The notes below the pieces were generated by a model. That model had not been told where the DNA came from, did not search any database, and was given only the letters and a program-made list of their open reading frames with translations. A program made the translations under genes and the position numbers. A DNA stretch of 63,332 nucleotides, counting the filler, from Octopus bimaculoides (Eukaryota), in NCBI RefSeq assembly GCF_001194135.2. It is 4 parts of 4 records of this genome, joined end to end, with 100 filler letters (N's around TTAATTAATTAA, not from the genome) between each part and the next. Parts side by side here need not be neighbours in the genome. Positions count along the whole stretch, not along the records: positions 43,056 to 63,332 come from NC_068999.1; 3 more parts are not named here. One strand, given 5' to 3'. Below, piece by piece: positions 50,148-63,269 of this stretch; position 1 is the first letter of the stretch; every line of letters begins with the position of its first letter.

Positions 50148-50964
50148 TATATATATATATATATATATATNNNNNNNNNNNNNNNNNNNNNNNNNNNNNN
50201 NNNNNNNNNNNNNNNNNNNNNNNNNNNNNNNNNNNNNNNNNNNNNNNNNNNNNNNNNNNNNNNNNNNNNNNNNNNNNNNNNNNNNNNNNNNNNNNNNNNN
50301 NNNNNNNNNNNNNNNNNNNNNNNNNNNNNNNNNNNNNNNNNNNNNNNNNNNNNNNNNNNNNNNNNNNNNNNNNNNNNNNNNNNNNNNNNNNNNNNNNNNN
50401 NNNNNNNNNNNNNNNNNNNNNNNNNNNNNNNNNNNNNNNNNNNNNNNNNNNNNNNNNNNNNNNNNNNNNNNNNNNNNNNNNNNNNNNNNNNNNNNNNNNN
50501 NNNNNNNNNNNNNNNNNNNNNNNNNNNNNNNNNNNNNNNNNNNNNNNNNNNNNNNNNNNNNNNNNNNNNNNNNNNNNNNNNNNNNNNNNNNNNNNNNNNN
50601 NNNNNNNNNNNNNNNNNNNNNNNNNNNNNNNNNNNNNNNNNNNNNNNNNNNNNNNNNNNNNNNNNNNNNNNNNNNNNNNNNNNNNNNNNNNNNNNNNNNN
50701 NNNNNNNNNNNNNNNNNNNNNNNNNNNNNNNNNNNNNNNNNNNNNNNNNNNNNNNNNNNNNNNNNNNNNNNNNNNNNNNNNNNNNNNNNNNNNNNNNNNN
50801 NNNNNNNNNNNNNNNNNNNNNNNNNNNNNNNNNNNNTATATATATATATATATGTATATATAATTAAAAATAAGACGGAAAAGAAGACAAGAAAAAACAA
50901 CAACGCGAGGACGTGGTACATGCAAAGTATTAATAAGATGCCCAGAGAAGAAAAGAGTGGTTGG

Positions 50965-50996
50965 TTTACGTTTCGAGCAAAGCTTTTCTCCAGAAA
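50965..50996 (-). ncRNA. Decayed minimal hammerhead-like motif (Penelope-type)
   Basis: Reverse complement TTTCTGGAGA-AAAGCTTTGCTC-GAAACGTA; core differs from CUGANGA, probably inactive. Confidence 0.3.
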
Positions 50997-51513
50997 TAAG
51001 AGACATAAGAAAGTCCAAAATAAAAAAGATGGAGGGAAAAAACGGCCAATAGTCCAGTTGAATATACAAGTATTGTGTTAACACGATTCAACAGATTGTA
51101 ATGAAATGCTAATGAAAATACACGTAGTATTGACTGATCAAGCAAAAAAGTGGGAGAGAAGATATTGAAGAAAAATAAATTCTGATTGGACTAGAAAAAA
51201 AAAATCGGTTATTTATTATTTTAACGGAAAAACTTGAAACAGAATGAGGGACGCGAAACATTCGTTCACATATCTGTCTATGTGTTAAATAATGTAATTA
51301 ATTATGGATGAATGTAAATAATTGCAAAGCTTCCGTACAGTTTTCGTTCGCCAAATCACATCGCTCTTTTGTCCTCTTGAAGTTGTGGTAGAAGAATCTC
51401 TCATCTTGTCCTACTTTGAGAATCGATTTGGAAGAACCTATTTCTGAAACAAACAAAATTGTCATATGGTGATTGGTTGTATATCTCCCTCTCTGTTTCT
51501 CCCCCCTCTTTCA

Positions 51514-51555
<42 letters not shown>

Positions 51556-52214
51556 NNNNNNNNNNNNNNNNNNNNNNNNNNNNNNNNNNNNNNNNNNNNN
51601 NNNNNNNNNNNNNNNNNNNNNNNNNNNNNNNNNNNNNNNNNNNNNNNNNNNNNNNNNNNNNNNNNNNNNNNNNNNNNNNATATACATATATATATATGTA
51701 TATATATTAGTAATTTAGTGTTCTAAGACTTTAGCATCGATTCCGTCTTTCCATCTCTCCCAAGTGGATAAATAACGTGTTAGCAATACAGAGTAGCTGT
51801 ATTTAGTTTCTCACGATAGCGTATATTTATTATATAATTGCTTCGCTCTTAATTGCAAAATCAATAGAATCTGATATTAAAACTTGTCGCATCTCGAATT
51901 TGTGTTCATTGATTAAGAATTGAAGCTATCTATCATTTCAGGAAACAACATAACTTGCGAAGATACAGTTGAATCTTTTCTTGTTATCGAATTTTATCAT
52001 GTGTAAATATATTCTGCAAGGCAATCGCAGACAGATTTGTCAATATGACCCGGATGATAAGTGAGACGTTCATTCGATCAATATCTACAAGATATTATGA
52101 AATAATATATCTCTTAACGTTCATTAGCATCAACCAAGATTGACCAGAATATCAGATTAGATTATGGAAACGAACGAGACGAGACTGAAAGAAAGCAATC
52201 TTGTTTATAAATAA

Positions 52215-52306
52215 ACTTACCGGCTCTGTCCCGACCGTTCATTCTGGCAACTTGTATTTAATGGCGCTTGACGGGCTGTGACTTATGGTAAAGTTTAAAA
52301 AACTGA
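52215..52306 (-). promoter_or_regulatory. Candidate first exon: Inr-like TCAGTT, short UTR, ATG, consensus splice donor
   Basis: Minus strand TCAGTT at 52306-52301; ATG at 52242-52240 reading MNGRDRA; G|GTAAGT donor at 52220-52215; non-repetitive and CpG-retaining. Confidence 0.3.
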
Positions 52307-52446
52307 CATTTTTTAACACTCTTTAAAGAATCAAAGGCTCCGAAATATCGAGGAGTTTTCTCGTAAGGTGACTGTCACAGTTATTTAATAGTGGGTGCAA
52401 CATGGGTGGATGTACGGTGCATTTGCTATATGCTTCAGGTGCGCAT

Positions 52447-52480
52447 GCGTTAGCGACCCTCGTAAGGCTCGAAACGTAAA
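52447..52480 (+). ncRNA. Decayed minimal hammerhead-like motif
   Basis: ...GACCCTCGTAAGGCTC-GAAACGTAAA; CUGANGA not intact. Confidence 0.2.
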
Positions 52481-52564
52481 AGACTTTCCCAGCTTTCCGA
52501 GCGTTAAACTAATACACCTGATTGTTGTTTATACACCTTTTTTCGTCTTTTGTTTTTTTTTTTG

Positions 52565-52757
52565 CGGGATTCTTTCAGTTTCTGTCTACCAAATACACTG
52601 AGATAGCTTTGGTCGGCCCGAGGCTTTAGTAGAAGACACTTGCTCAAGATACCACGCAGTAGGACTGAACCCGGAACCATGTAGTTGGAAAGCAAGCTTC
52701 TTAACAAACAGAACCGCTCTCTCTCTCTCTCTCACACACACACAACCACACAACACA

Positions 52758-52803
<46 letters not shown>

Positions 52804-53205
52804 TATATATATTTCCCGTTTCAGTCATTAGATTGCGGCCAAGCTGGAGAACCGCCTTGAACAATTTTAGTTGAACGAATCGATCCGAGTAATTATTGTA
52901 ATGATTGTTTTTGTAAAGCCTTGTACTTATTCTATCGATTTCTTTTGCCGAACCGTTATGTTATGGGTACGTAAACACACCGACGCCAGTTCTCATGCGG
53001 TGATGGGGTACAAACACACACTAAAAGTCACGCATATAGATAAATATAAACGACGGGCTTGTTTCAGTTTCCGTCCATCAATTCTACACACACTGCTTCG
53101 GTTAGCCTGAACCTATGCTACAAGACACTCAAGGTGCCAGGAGTGGATCCGAAACTGGAACTATGCAGTTAGGAAGCAAGATCTTTACCAAAACAACGCT
53201 TGCAC
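52565..53205 (-). mobile_element. Two adjacent SINE B copies (5' half and a decayed full copy)
   Basis: Copies at about 52565-52705 and 52812-53205. Confidence 0.8.
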
Positions 53206-53363
53206 CTATATATATGTTTATGTGTGTGTCTGCGTGTGTGTCTTTGTGTGTGCCTTTGTGTGTGTATCTATCACGTTATGACGTGATATAATTGTCTGTG
53301 TATTTATATATGTATATATCTATATATATGAATAAGTATACATACATACACACATATATATAT

Positions 53364-53432
<69 letters not shown>

Positions 53433-53446
53433 AAACTATCCATATG

Positions 53447-53478
<32 letters not shown>

Positions 53479-53930
53479 TATGTATATATATATATGCGCA
53501 AAGCAAAAATGTTGGATATCGAATAAATACATAGACTGACGTACAGAGAGACAGAAAGATAGATATACATATAAATATATTGATTGATTTCTTCTCATGA
53601 AATGTATAAATTAATTGATCGTATCCTGTTTGGATGAGTTGTCAGATATAATAAACCATTCCTTTTTGAAGTCACTTTCAATTTGATTAAAGCTTCTGTT
53701 AATAACTAATCCACAATTTTCGCTGAGAATTCAACACTGGGAGAATAAATAAATGAATGAATAAATAAACACGCTTGTTAATTCTAAATCATGCTGCTGT
53801 TTGTAGTGTTTAGCACGCCACCATTGGGATGCTTACTCAAAATTTTATGTAATTAGCAACAGACTGCATTAACGCTCTGACAGCACAACGAACGAGTCGT
53901 TGGTCGATGATACAATATGGCAAGAAGAAA

Positions 53931-54148
53931 GGCGGTGACCTGGCAGAGTCGTTAGCACGTCAGGCGAAATGCTTAGCGGTATTTTGTCTGCCGCTACGTT
54001 CTGAGTTCAAATTCTGCCGAGGTCGACTTTACCTTTCATCCTTTCGTGGGGGGTCGATAAACTAAGTACCAGTTGAGTTCTGGGGTCGATGAAATCTACT
54101 AGCCCTCCTTCCCAAAATTTCGAGCCTTGTGCCTAGAGTAGAAAAGAT
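53931..54148 (+). mobile_element. SINE family A, tail type 1, full length
   Basis: TSD TATGGCAAGAA(G/T)AA at 53916-53929 and 54149-54162. Confidence 0.92.
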
Positions 54149-54291
54149 TATGGCAAGAATAAGGGACACATCTAATCTCCAATCATATCCTACCATCTGA
54201 ATAAATAAAGCGTCTACAAGATGGTATAGTTCTCCAAACTTTGTCTCTAACAATAGCTTGGTATTGCTAGAAAAACTAAATGTATGGAGTA

Positions 54292-54587
54292 GTGAAAGCA
54301 CGTGGCTTAGTGGTAAGCATATTCGTCTCACGTGAGTTCGATCCCTAGCGGTGCGTTTTAATTGAGCGACACACTATGTTTTACGTTGCTTCACTCCACG
54401 TAGCTGCTAAAATTTATAGGTGTCTCTATCTCAAAGGGATAGCCCTATCACATCCTTAATCTCCTTGAGAAATATGTTATGGGTGCATGTGTCTGTGGAA
54501 TGCTCAGCCACTTGTACGTTACTTTCACGTGCAGGCTCTTCCGTTGATTGGATAAACCGGAGCCCACGTCCTAACGGACAGCGTGCC
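54292..54587 (+). mobile_element. SINE family C-related, full length
   Basis: Head GTGGCTTAGTGGTAAG...GAGTTCGATCCC; 3' GTGTCTGTGGAATGCTCAGCCACTTG...GTGCCAAC; TSD AACTAAATGTAT(G/A)GAGTA at 54274-54291 and 54588-54605. Confidence 0.85.
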
Positions 54588-55659
54588 AACTAAATGTATA
54601 GAGTATATTTCGTGAGCTGTCTTTTCCATCATGATTGAAACGAATAATCAATAAGGAGGACAAATTATTTGAAGTTGTTGATATTAATTTGTTGAAACAG
54701 AATGATGCGTTCAACACTGTAAAATATAGAAGCGAAATACTTTTAATTTCATGTTTAAGACATGTTGGACCACAAAGACATTGTCCTCTAAGTTTATGGC
54801 ACTTCCTACTTTATTGAGTTTATTCCGTAGCGATACTATTTACAAAAGATTTCTTTAGTGGAGCTGAAATATGGAGTTCTCTAGGCATATTTCCTCTGAG
54901 ATAACTAAGCAGAGAAACATTAGAAACTCGGGGTTATATTGGGACAACGTTTCCAGATGCACCTACATCAAAGTAGGAAACTCAAAAGAAGGTAGCAGTA
55001 TCGAACCCCCACATTCAGCAAAATCCAATCGCTTAAGAATGGCCATTGAAAAGGTGATTACACCGGCGATACCCAAGCACGGCCACAGCTTTTCGGCTGA
55101 AACGCATAAATGGATAAAAGAATACGTAATATAATGCAATATAATATATATAAACACACAAATATATGCATACTCACATGTCCATATGTGTGCGTGTGTA
55201 TGTGTATTTGTTTGTGCGTGTGTGAGTGTGTGTTTAAGTGTTTGGGTGCGTGTGCCTGCGTGTGTTTCTGTAAATACTTGTAGGTAAGTGAGAACATATT
55301 CATCAAGTATCAGTATTCAAAAAGCAGAATCGATTGCCAGAGTTTTTCTCTTGTCAGGTACATCCATTAGCGGGTGATTTATCTCAATGACATCAGGAAA
55401 TTAACTGTCGAAGTAAGTTTCTTGAAATAATTTGATCTCTGCGCAGGAGGTGAATGAAATATCCATCGTTCATAGTGTGTAGTTATAAGTTAGAGATGTG
55501 ACATAGACCTGGGCCAGTGACAACCACGAATATTTACGAGCTACAATCTCTCGAATTCTCAACAACCACATCAGCTCGGTTCTCTGATACACAAAATGAT
55601 CCTTAAGCTATCTGTATACCAAAAAAATAAGGACATATTTTTTCTAGGCCTTATTGTAC

Positions 55660-55680
55660 ATCATCATTATCACCACCACT

Positions 55681-55726
<46 letters not shown>

Positions 55727-55950
55727 CCATCACCGTCATCGTCTTGTCCTTGTTCCTTTTCTTGTTCTTTTATTTCTTTTTCTTCTTTTAATTGTTGTTG
55801 CTGTTATTGTCCTTTTTCTTGTTGTTGTTGTTGTTCTTGTTGTTGCTGCTGCTGCTGTTGTTGTTGTTGTTGTTCTTCTTCTTCCTCTTCTTTCTCCTCC
55901 TCTTCTTCTTCTTCTTCTTCTTCTTCTTCTTCTTCTTCTTCTTCTTCGTC
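55660..55950. repeat. (CAT)n, (GTT)n, (CTT)n trinucleotide mosaic
   Basis: Direct reading. Confidence 0.93.
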
Positions 55951-56099
55951 TTCTGTTACCCCTCCTCTACTTCCTCATCTATTCCTCTTCCTCTAGACTC
56001 GAAATTCTGATTTTCCTAGAAAGAGATATTTCAACAATTTCTTCATTCACTTCAGTGATACATCATCTTCCGTTGAAACCACCACATTCTTTAAATGTT

Positions 56100-57490
56100 A
56101 TCTCTCCAACCCCCACCCAGGGGTGACGTTCCTGACAAAAGCTAACCACCACATTAACCAAAATGTGTTCCTTGACATATTTCAGCTCCCTTTATTGCTT
56201 TTGAAAAACCCTATAATAATGTCTATCACCGTTTTATTGTTTCAACTGTATGTCCAGAGTAAGGAGCACCAACTCCGCCAGTGTTATAGATACAGGATTC
56301 CCCGGTTGTAATTTGACTCTTTCCTTAAACATCTATTTTACTATCATACAGGAGTACAAAATCTATGATCATATATTTGTCTTTATTTATTCTACCTCCA
56401 CATATATCTAGCAGGAGTTGTGACTGCAATAGTACGATTATTATATAGAGATACCACTGCAGTTACCATTTACCACGATAGCCTCCTGTTGAGGTTCAAA
56501 CCACTTTTGTATCACATCAATTCCGTACACGTGGTTAGCATCCAGTGTGTTATATTCTTCACACAGTCATGCTTACGTTTATACTCTTCTTGTGCTACTT
56601 TACAGCACTCATTCAGGAACTGTTTTAATTTTTTTTCTGTCCTTTCTACACATCGTCATTTGCGCTATAACGAAATTTTATAATTTTTTCTTTCATGAAT
56701 CACGGTCTTTATCAAATTCATTCTAAAGGCTTTCTTCTGAGCGCCTATAACTTACAATTCAGTATTTCATGGTTTCCAGTTTCCATCAGTCAGCTTCGAT
56801 CAACGTTATTTACTTAAAAAAAAAACCCAACATTTTGTAGCAGGAACAGGTCATAGACTTCACTGACATTACAACAATTTATCCTGTGATTATTTTCTCT
56901 GTACTTGAACTATTTCAACGGCTTCGACGTTTCAAGCCAATCATAATTAGCGTTCCTCGTTACTCACAACACAGTTTTTCCTGAACCAAATCGTAGCAAT
57001 ATTAGTGTCTTCAGCGTTTATAAATTCACTTCTTCCTCTTCTCCTTAATAAATGGTTCATGTTAATACTTTTACGTTGCCTGTTGCTCAAAAGAGCAACA
57101 AGTATAGCCACTATATTCATTATTTTGATTATGTTCCATTTTATTTTGCTTCGTGTACCTTCGTTTTATATTTTGAACTCCTTCCCTCTCATTTCTCATT
57201 TCATTTCCCTATTCTCCTGCGACACAAGCAGTACATGCTCTCTTCATTATTTTTCAGCAATATGATGACATCACCTTGTTATAATTTTATACTCTCAGGT
57301 TTAATTTTTCGGTTTATCTTCCTAATTAAAACTGCACACATATTTATCTTAACGTTCTTACGAATATCCTTCATGAATATTCTGCTCTTTCGCTCAATAA
57401 TTCTAGGTTATTTCAAATATTCGTGTACAGATTGAAGTCCTCGATATAAAGTGAGTGCTATATTCTCACACTAGTTTTGGCGAACTTACC
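56100..57490 (-). mobile_element. Decayed R4/Dong-like LINE, 3' region
   Basis: Reverse translation ECCKVAQEEYKRKHDCVKNITHWML (about 56540-56610), then YGIDVIQKWFEP and MIIDF..YDSKID (CCHC and RLE region). Confidence 0.7.
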
Positions 57491-57574
57491 GGGAGTCTTC
57501 GATTATGTGAGTTTGCTCATCAAAATGAATATCGCAATGACAAGAAAGCACTGCAGAGATAGATAGATAGATAA

Positions 57575-57622
<48 letters not shown>

Positions 57623-59234
57623 GGAAAGGGAGAGAGGTAAATAGATAGACAGAGGAAGAGAGAGAAAGAGAGTATACATATCCCATGTGAAATTTTACAT
57701 TTGCTAATAATCCATGTGCGCATTTTAGTCCTACATCTTGTGTTCTATTGGCATTTTTCTAAACTCTATCTCTCATCTCTCTCTGTTTCACAAAGAAACA
57801 CACATACATACACATTTGTGCGTGTGTGTGTGTGTTTATTCGAAGAGAGTGTGTTTGTATACTCGTGTGTTTATGAGTTCAAGTGTTTACGTGTGTTATT
57901 GAATACTTTAAATTATTGCTGACATAATTACAAATGGACGTATACCAATAATGACTCCATTTCATTTTCTTCTTCTCTAACTTCGTCCCTTCCCTTCCTC
58001 CATATCCACATTCAACAATTCATTTCTTACAAAGATATGTTATGATATTTTTTTTCCATTTCTATCTCAAGTTAATATTTTAAAGTAATCACAGCATTTG
58101 TACAGATTTGCAAAAGATTAAAACTTATAGAATACGAAATAGACTTGATATACTGACATATTTTCAAGTTGATCTTTAATTCAGTAAGTCTGGGGTTTTT
58201 TGTTCACAAAACACCACTGGTTTTCTCATATAACAAAGACGTGATTCAAGACAGAAAAAGGTTGAATATATTTGTGCAATGAATGTCAGTTTCACGCTGG
58301 CTTATACATACACACGCACGCACACACACACACAAACATACACACACACACACACACCCATACACACAAGCATGAACGCACACAATGATAGACATATATA
58401 CACGCAAACACAGGAAGACACACGCACACGTAGATATGCGTAGACGCCCGGAAACATACGAGCATCTACATACACAATGACACATACAAACATACCTAAA
58501 TACATACATACATATATATTTGCATATACATACATATATATACATATATACACACATATACATATATACACATACNNNNNNNNNNNNNNNNNNNNNNNNN
58601 NNNNNNNNNNNNNNNNNNNNNNNNNNNNNNNNNNNNNNNNNNNNNNNNNNNNNNNNNNNNNNNNNNNNNNNNNNNNNNNNNNNNNNNNNNNNNNNNNNNN
58701 NNNNNNNNNNNNNNNNNNNNNNNNNNNNNNNNNNNNNNNNNNNNNNNNNNNNNNNNNNNNNNNNNNNNNNNNNNNNNNNNNNNATATATATATATATATA
58801 TAGGCTCAATGAAATTAATGAAGTTATAAATGAATTCGCATTCACAGCCACACACTGACATGCCATACACAGCCGTAGTTAACGTACAAAAATATATGTT
58901 ACATCATATCTTCTTGCCATTGTTGACTATTAGCACAACAATTACAACTCTATATGGTCTCTCTAGAGGGAATTATATAAAGGCTAGAGAATCGTGATAT
59001 AAAATGTTAATAAAGTTATCTCACACGTAACAACATTAAATGAAGCAACAACAACAAAAGACCAACAACAACAACAGCATCAACAACAACCACTAGAATG
59101 AAAGACAAAAACTGATGAGGAACAAAACTGTATAATAAAAAAAATATGCTCAGAAACGTTTCACAATATCCAAACTATTGTTTGCACACTCAGACACGGT
59201 AACACCCTATACTCTTATATATATACACACATAC

Positions 59235-59297
<63 letters not shown>

Positions 59298-59506
59298 TAT
59301 GAATATATATATACACACATACATATATATTTGCATACATACATTTATAGATGTACATATACATACACAAATACCTATACACACACACACACACACACAT
59401 ATATATATGTATATATATACAGATGTTGAGAATGACACTGATTTTTGAGTAGTGCTATAGTGCTATGGTAAAAGTATTTCTCGTTTTTGTTGTTTGCAAT
59501 GTGTTA

Positions 59507-59545
<39 letters not shown>

Positions 59546-60394
59546 TTGTTTATACATGATTTAAGTTAATTACTACAATTTTCTTTATCGCACGGTTAAA
59601 CAAATGAAACCGGAAACTGAACTTTCATAATTAACATCAGCAACATCTAGAAAAAAAAAAGAAAGAAGCAAAAAATGTATTATAATAATGACAACAGCAA
59701 TACGAATAATGAAATATTAATAAAAACAATCGTAATGCTATTAGTAAAAAATATAAATAATTATCAATCATAAATGTCAACAAAATATTACATATAAATA
59801 CATACATACGTGTACATATATATGTATATGTGTATATGGGTATATACATATATATACANNNNNNNNNNNNNNNNNNNNNNNNNNNNNNNNNNNNNNNNNN
59901 NNNNNNNNNNNNNNNNNNNNNNNNNNNNNNNNNNNNNNNNNNNNNNNNNNNNNNNNNNNNNNNNNNNNNNNNNNNNNNNNNNNNNNNNNNNNNNNNNNNN
60001 NNNNNNNNNNNNNNNNNNNNNNNNNNNNNNNNNNNTATATATACGTACATACATATATATGCATACATATACAGGCACATATTTAAATATATACGTGTGC
60101 ATTTGTATTTATAGGCATGTCTTTGCGTGAGGGAGAGTGAGAAGGGCGAGAGAGAACGAGAGAGCGCTTGTAATGTGCGTGTGTCTGAGTGCGTGTTTTT
60201 ATGCATGTATATATTGCATATATGTATGTATGCATGTATGTATGTATGCATGTGTGTGAGTCTGAACGTGTGTGCCAGGATAATTAATTTAAAAATTGTA
60301 TAAATAAATCTACAGTGAACTCAATGAAAACGAGACCAAAATTAAAATTTAATAATATATCACCTGCTGTGGATATTTTTGAATAATAATCCAT

Positions 60395-60401
60395 GATAAT
60401 G

Positions 60402-60468
<67 letters not shown>

Positions 60469-60551
60469 TAATTATGATGATAAAAATAATCATAATAATA
60501 ATAATAATAACAAGAACAATAATAATAAAAGTATGATAATAATAATAAAAG

Positions 60552-60592
<41 letters not shown>

Positions 60593-60615
60593 TAATAATA
60601 ATAATAATAATAATT
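60395..60615. repeat. (AAT)n trinucleotide repeat
   Basis: Direct reading. Confidence 0.96.
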
Positions 60616-61416
60616 AAAGGAAAAACATGTATATAAGTTCTAAATATAAAGCGTGTATATAATCTTGTCTCAAAGGTGTGTGAATTGAATAAATAAATAT
60701 TGCGATATTTAATAAAATACAGGTAAAAAAAAACCGAAATTGAAATAAGATATAAAATACAAAATACGTAAAAATATGAAATAAAATAAAGAACCAGAAG
60801 AGAGTTAAACTAACGGAAGGAAACAATAGGAAAAGGTACAAATAGAATTTAAAAAGAAAAACGATAATAAAATAGGCCAGCGTGAATATGGATGTCTTCT
60901 TTACATTCGAAAGAGTGGTCGTAGAGAAGAGCATCTTATTGTCGGAGTTATCCTCAGTTTCGTTGTTGTTGTCGTTCTTCGACGTCGTCTTCATCATCTC
61001 CGCAGTCTTCGTCGTCGGCATCGTCATCAGCTTCACTATCGATGTAATCTGTATAATTATCAAGGACCGTAAAAAGGAACATGCTTTTTTTTTTTTTTTT
61101 TTACTTAATATGAGCACACTAACTGATTGTAGCGTGTCCTGGGAAGTGACCCAAAAGGTTAGTAAGTAAAAAAAAAGATGTAATAAATGAAACGGAGTAA
61201 ACGTGGCTTGCATCTTAAGGTACAGTAATAATGATAATCAGTGGAATTTGCAATGATGGGAAAGAAAACAGAAATGTGTTTAGATGAGGTATCTGGGGAA
61301 CCATACCCACAAAGACATACAAAAATATAATGTTGACCGGGAGTCTGCATGTAATCAAACACAATGGCATGAAGGAAAAGAGAAAAAGGGTGTACCTGCG
61401 GCAAGTGAGAAAAATA

Positions 61417-61629
61417 TTCTTTTCTACTCTAGGAAGGAGGCCCGAAATTTGGGGGGAGGGGACCAGTCGATTAGATCGATCTCAGTACGCAACTGGTACT
61501 TAATTTATCGATCCCGAAAGGTTGAATGGCAAAGTCGACCTCGGGGGAATTTGAACTCTGAAACTAAAGACAGACGAAATACCCCTAAGCAATTTGCCCG
61601 GCGTGCAACGAATCTGCCAACTCACCGCC
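61417..61629 (-). mobile_element. SINE family A, tail type 1
   Basis: Family head, core and tail. Confidence 0.9.
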
Positions 61630-61681
61630 AATCAAGCTATAAATAACTAGGAATAATTGAAGTAGATGGAATCAAACAGAA

Positions 61682-61800
61682 TGCCTTTCATACTTTCATG
61701 GTCGATAAATTAAGTACCAGTTGCGTACTAGGGGTCGATCTGATTGAGTTTCTCCTTCCCCAAAAATTTCGGGCTTTGTGCCTAGAGAAAAAAAGAATAT
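61682..61800 (+). mobile_element. SINE family A, 5'-truncated, tail type 1
   Basis: TGCCTTTCAT...GTCGATAAATTAAGTACCAGTTGCGTAC...CCTAGAG. Confidence 0.88.
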
Positions 61801-63035
61801 TTCATAAGCTTTAAGCTTATAAGCGATCACTGAGCAACGACTGAAGAAAATAGTCACATATTGAGGCATATAAGCTCTCGTACGCGTGGTACTCGGACCC
61901 ACAGCTCTTTGTTTTCGCGAGAAGTGCGCTACCATTACACCAACGTACAGCCTCGCTTCTTCCCTCAAATTCAAGAACTGTAATTAGTTCATAGTGTTGT
62001 TTTTATGAACAAACTTCAAATGCTCTTCTGCGATGATTTTTGGTAAGCAGAAGCGAAGTTAAAGGGCACATATGTATTTGTATCTATAGGTACAATCCAA
62101 ATATATACTACCTCATAAATGTATCTATATTAACCGCTCCGTCTGCCTCTCTATCTCTCTGTCTTTCCATCCCTCTTCACTCAACTCTGTAGTTCTTCCT
62201 CGCACCCCCCTCTCTCTCTCTCTGTACATATATGTACCTGTGCGTGTATATATGTANNNNNNNNNNNNNNNNNNNNNNNNNNNNNNNNNNNNNNNNNNNN
62301 NNNNNNNNNNNNNNNNNNNNNNNNNNNNNNNNNNNNNNNNNNNNNNNNNNNNNNNNNNNNNNNNNNNNNNNNNNNNNNNNNNNNNNNNNNNNNNNNNNNN
62401 NNNNNNNNNNNNNNNNNNNNNNNNNNNNNNNNNNNNNNNNNNNNNNNNNNNNNNNNNNNNNNNNNNNNNNNNNNNNNNNNNNNNNNNNNNNNNNNNNNNN
62501 NNNNNNNNNNNNNNNNNNNNNNNNNNNNNNNNNNNNNNNNNNNNNNNNNNNNNNNNNNNNNNNNNNNNNNNNNNNNNNNNNNNNNNNNNNNNNNNNNNNN
62601 NNNNNNNNNNNNNNNNNNNNNNNNNNNNNNNNNNNNNNNNNNNNNNNNNNNNNNNNNNNNNNNNNNNNNNNNNNNNNNNNNNNNNNNNNNNNNNNNNNNN
62701 NNNNNNNNNNNNNNNNNNNNNNNNNNNNNNNNNNNNNNNNNNNNNNNNNNNNNNNNNNNNNNNNNNNNNNNNNNNNNNNNNNNNNNNNNNNNNNNNNNNN
62801 NNNNNNNNNNNNNNNNNNNNNNNNNNNNNNNNNNNNNNNNNNNNNNNNNNNNNNNNNNNNNNNNNNNNNNNNNNNNNNNNNNNNNNNNNTATATATATAC
62901 ACATATATCTACCTGTATTTGATTTTTTGATTTTTCATTGAAAGATTTCTCGCCGTTTTCAGTTCCGTTAACGGTTAGGCGTTCAGGCGAGTATACTGGA
63001 ATTGACGTAGCAACATTCGAAATATTGTCCAGGTA

Positions 63036-63110
63036 AATCTAGCTGAAGAGTACTAATTAAATTTACGATTACAAACGTATTTGAAGAGTCCGAAAGCTAG
63101 GTACTAGATT
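63036..63110 (+). ncRNA. Type I hammerhead ribozyme with extended stem II, slightly decayed
   Basis: Stem I AATCTAG/CTAGATT (7 bp, perfect); CUGAAGA 63043-63049; stem II GTACT..AGTCC with one mismatch; GAAA 63092-63095; near-palindromic GCTAGG; UA at 63102-63103. Confidence 0.65.
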
Positions 63111-63265
63111 ATCCGATTATGGGTTGTCCATTTATCTAATGTTCTTCCTAGAAGTAAGACGAAATTCTTTATGTTCGCTGCCCTGACACGTCTTTGCCAC
63201 AGTGCTATAGCGTCGAAAATTTATGGACTGCTATTTTCAGTAGACCTCGGTGCCTTGTTGTACCA

Positions 63266-63269
<4 letters not shown>

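Noticed and set aside
54871-55134. 87-aa high-complexity ORF
   Set aside because: No recognisable domain, promoter or splice signals; a database search would be needed
59112-59165. CTGATGAGG...GCTCAGAAACGTTTC hammerhead-like spacing
   Set aside because: G10.1-C11.1 pair absent and no stem I pairing
60614-61213. 199-aa minus-strand ORF
   Set aside because: Built from decayed trinucleotide repeats and A/T runs
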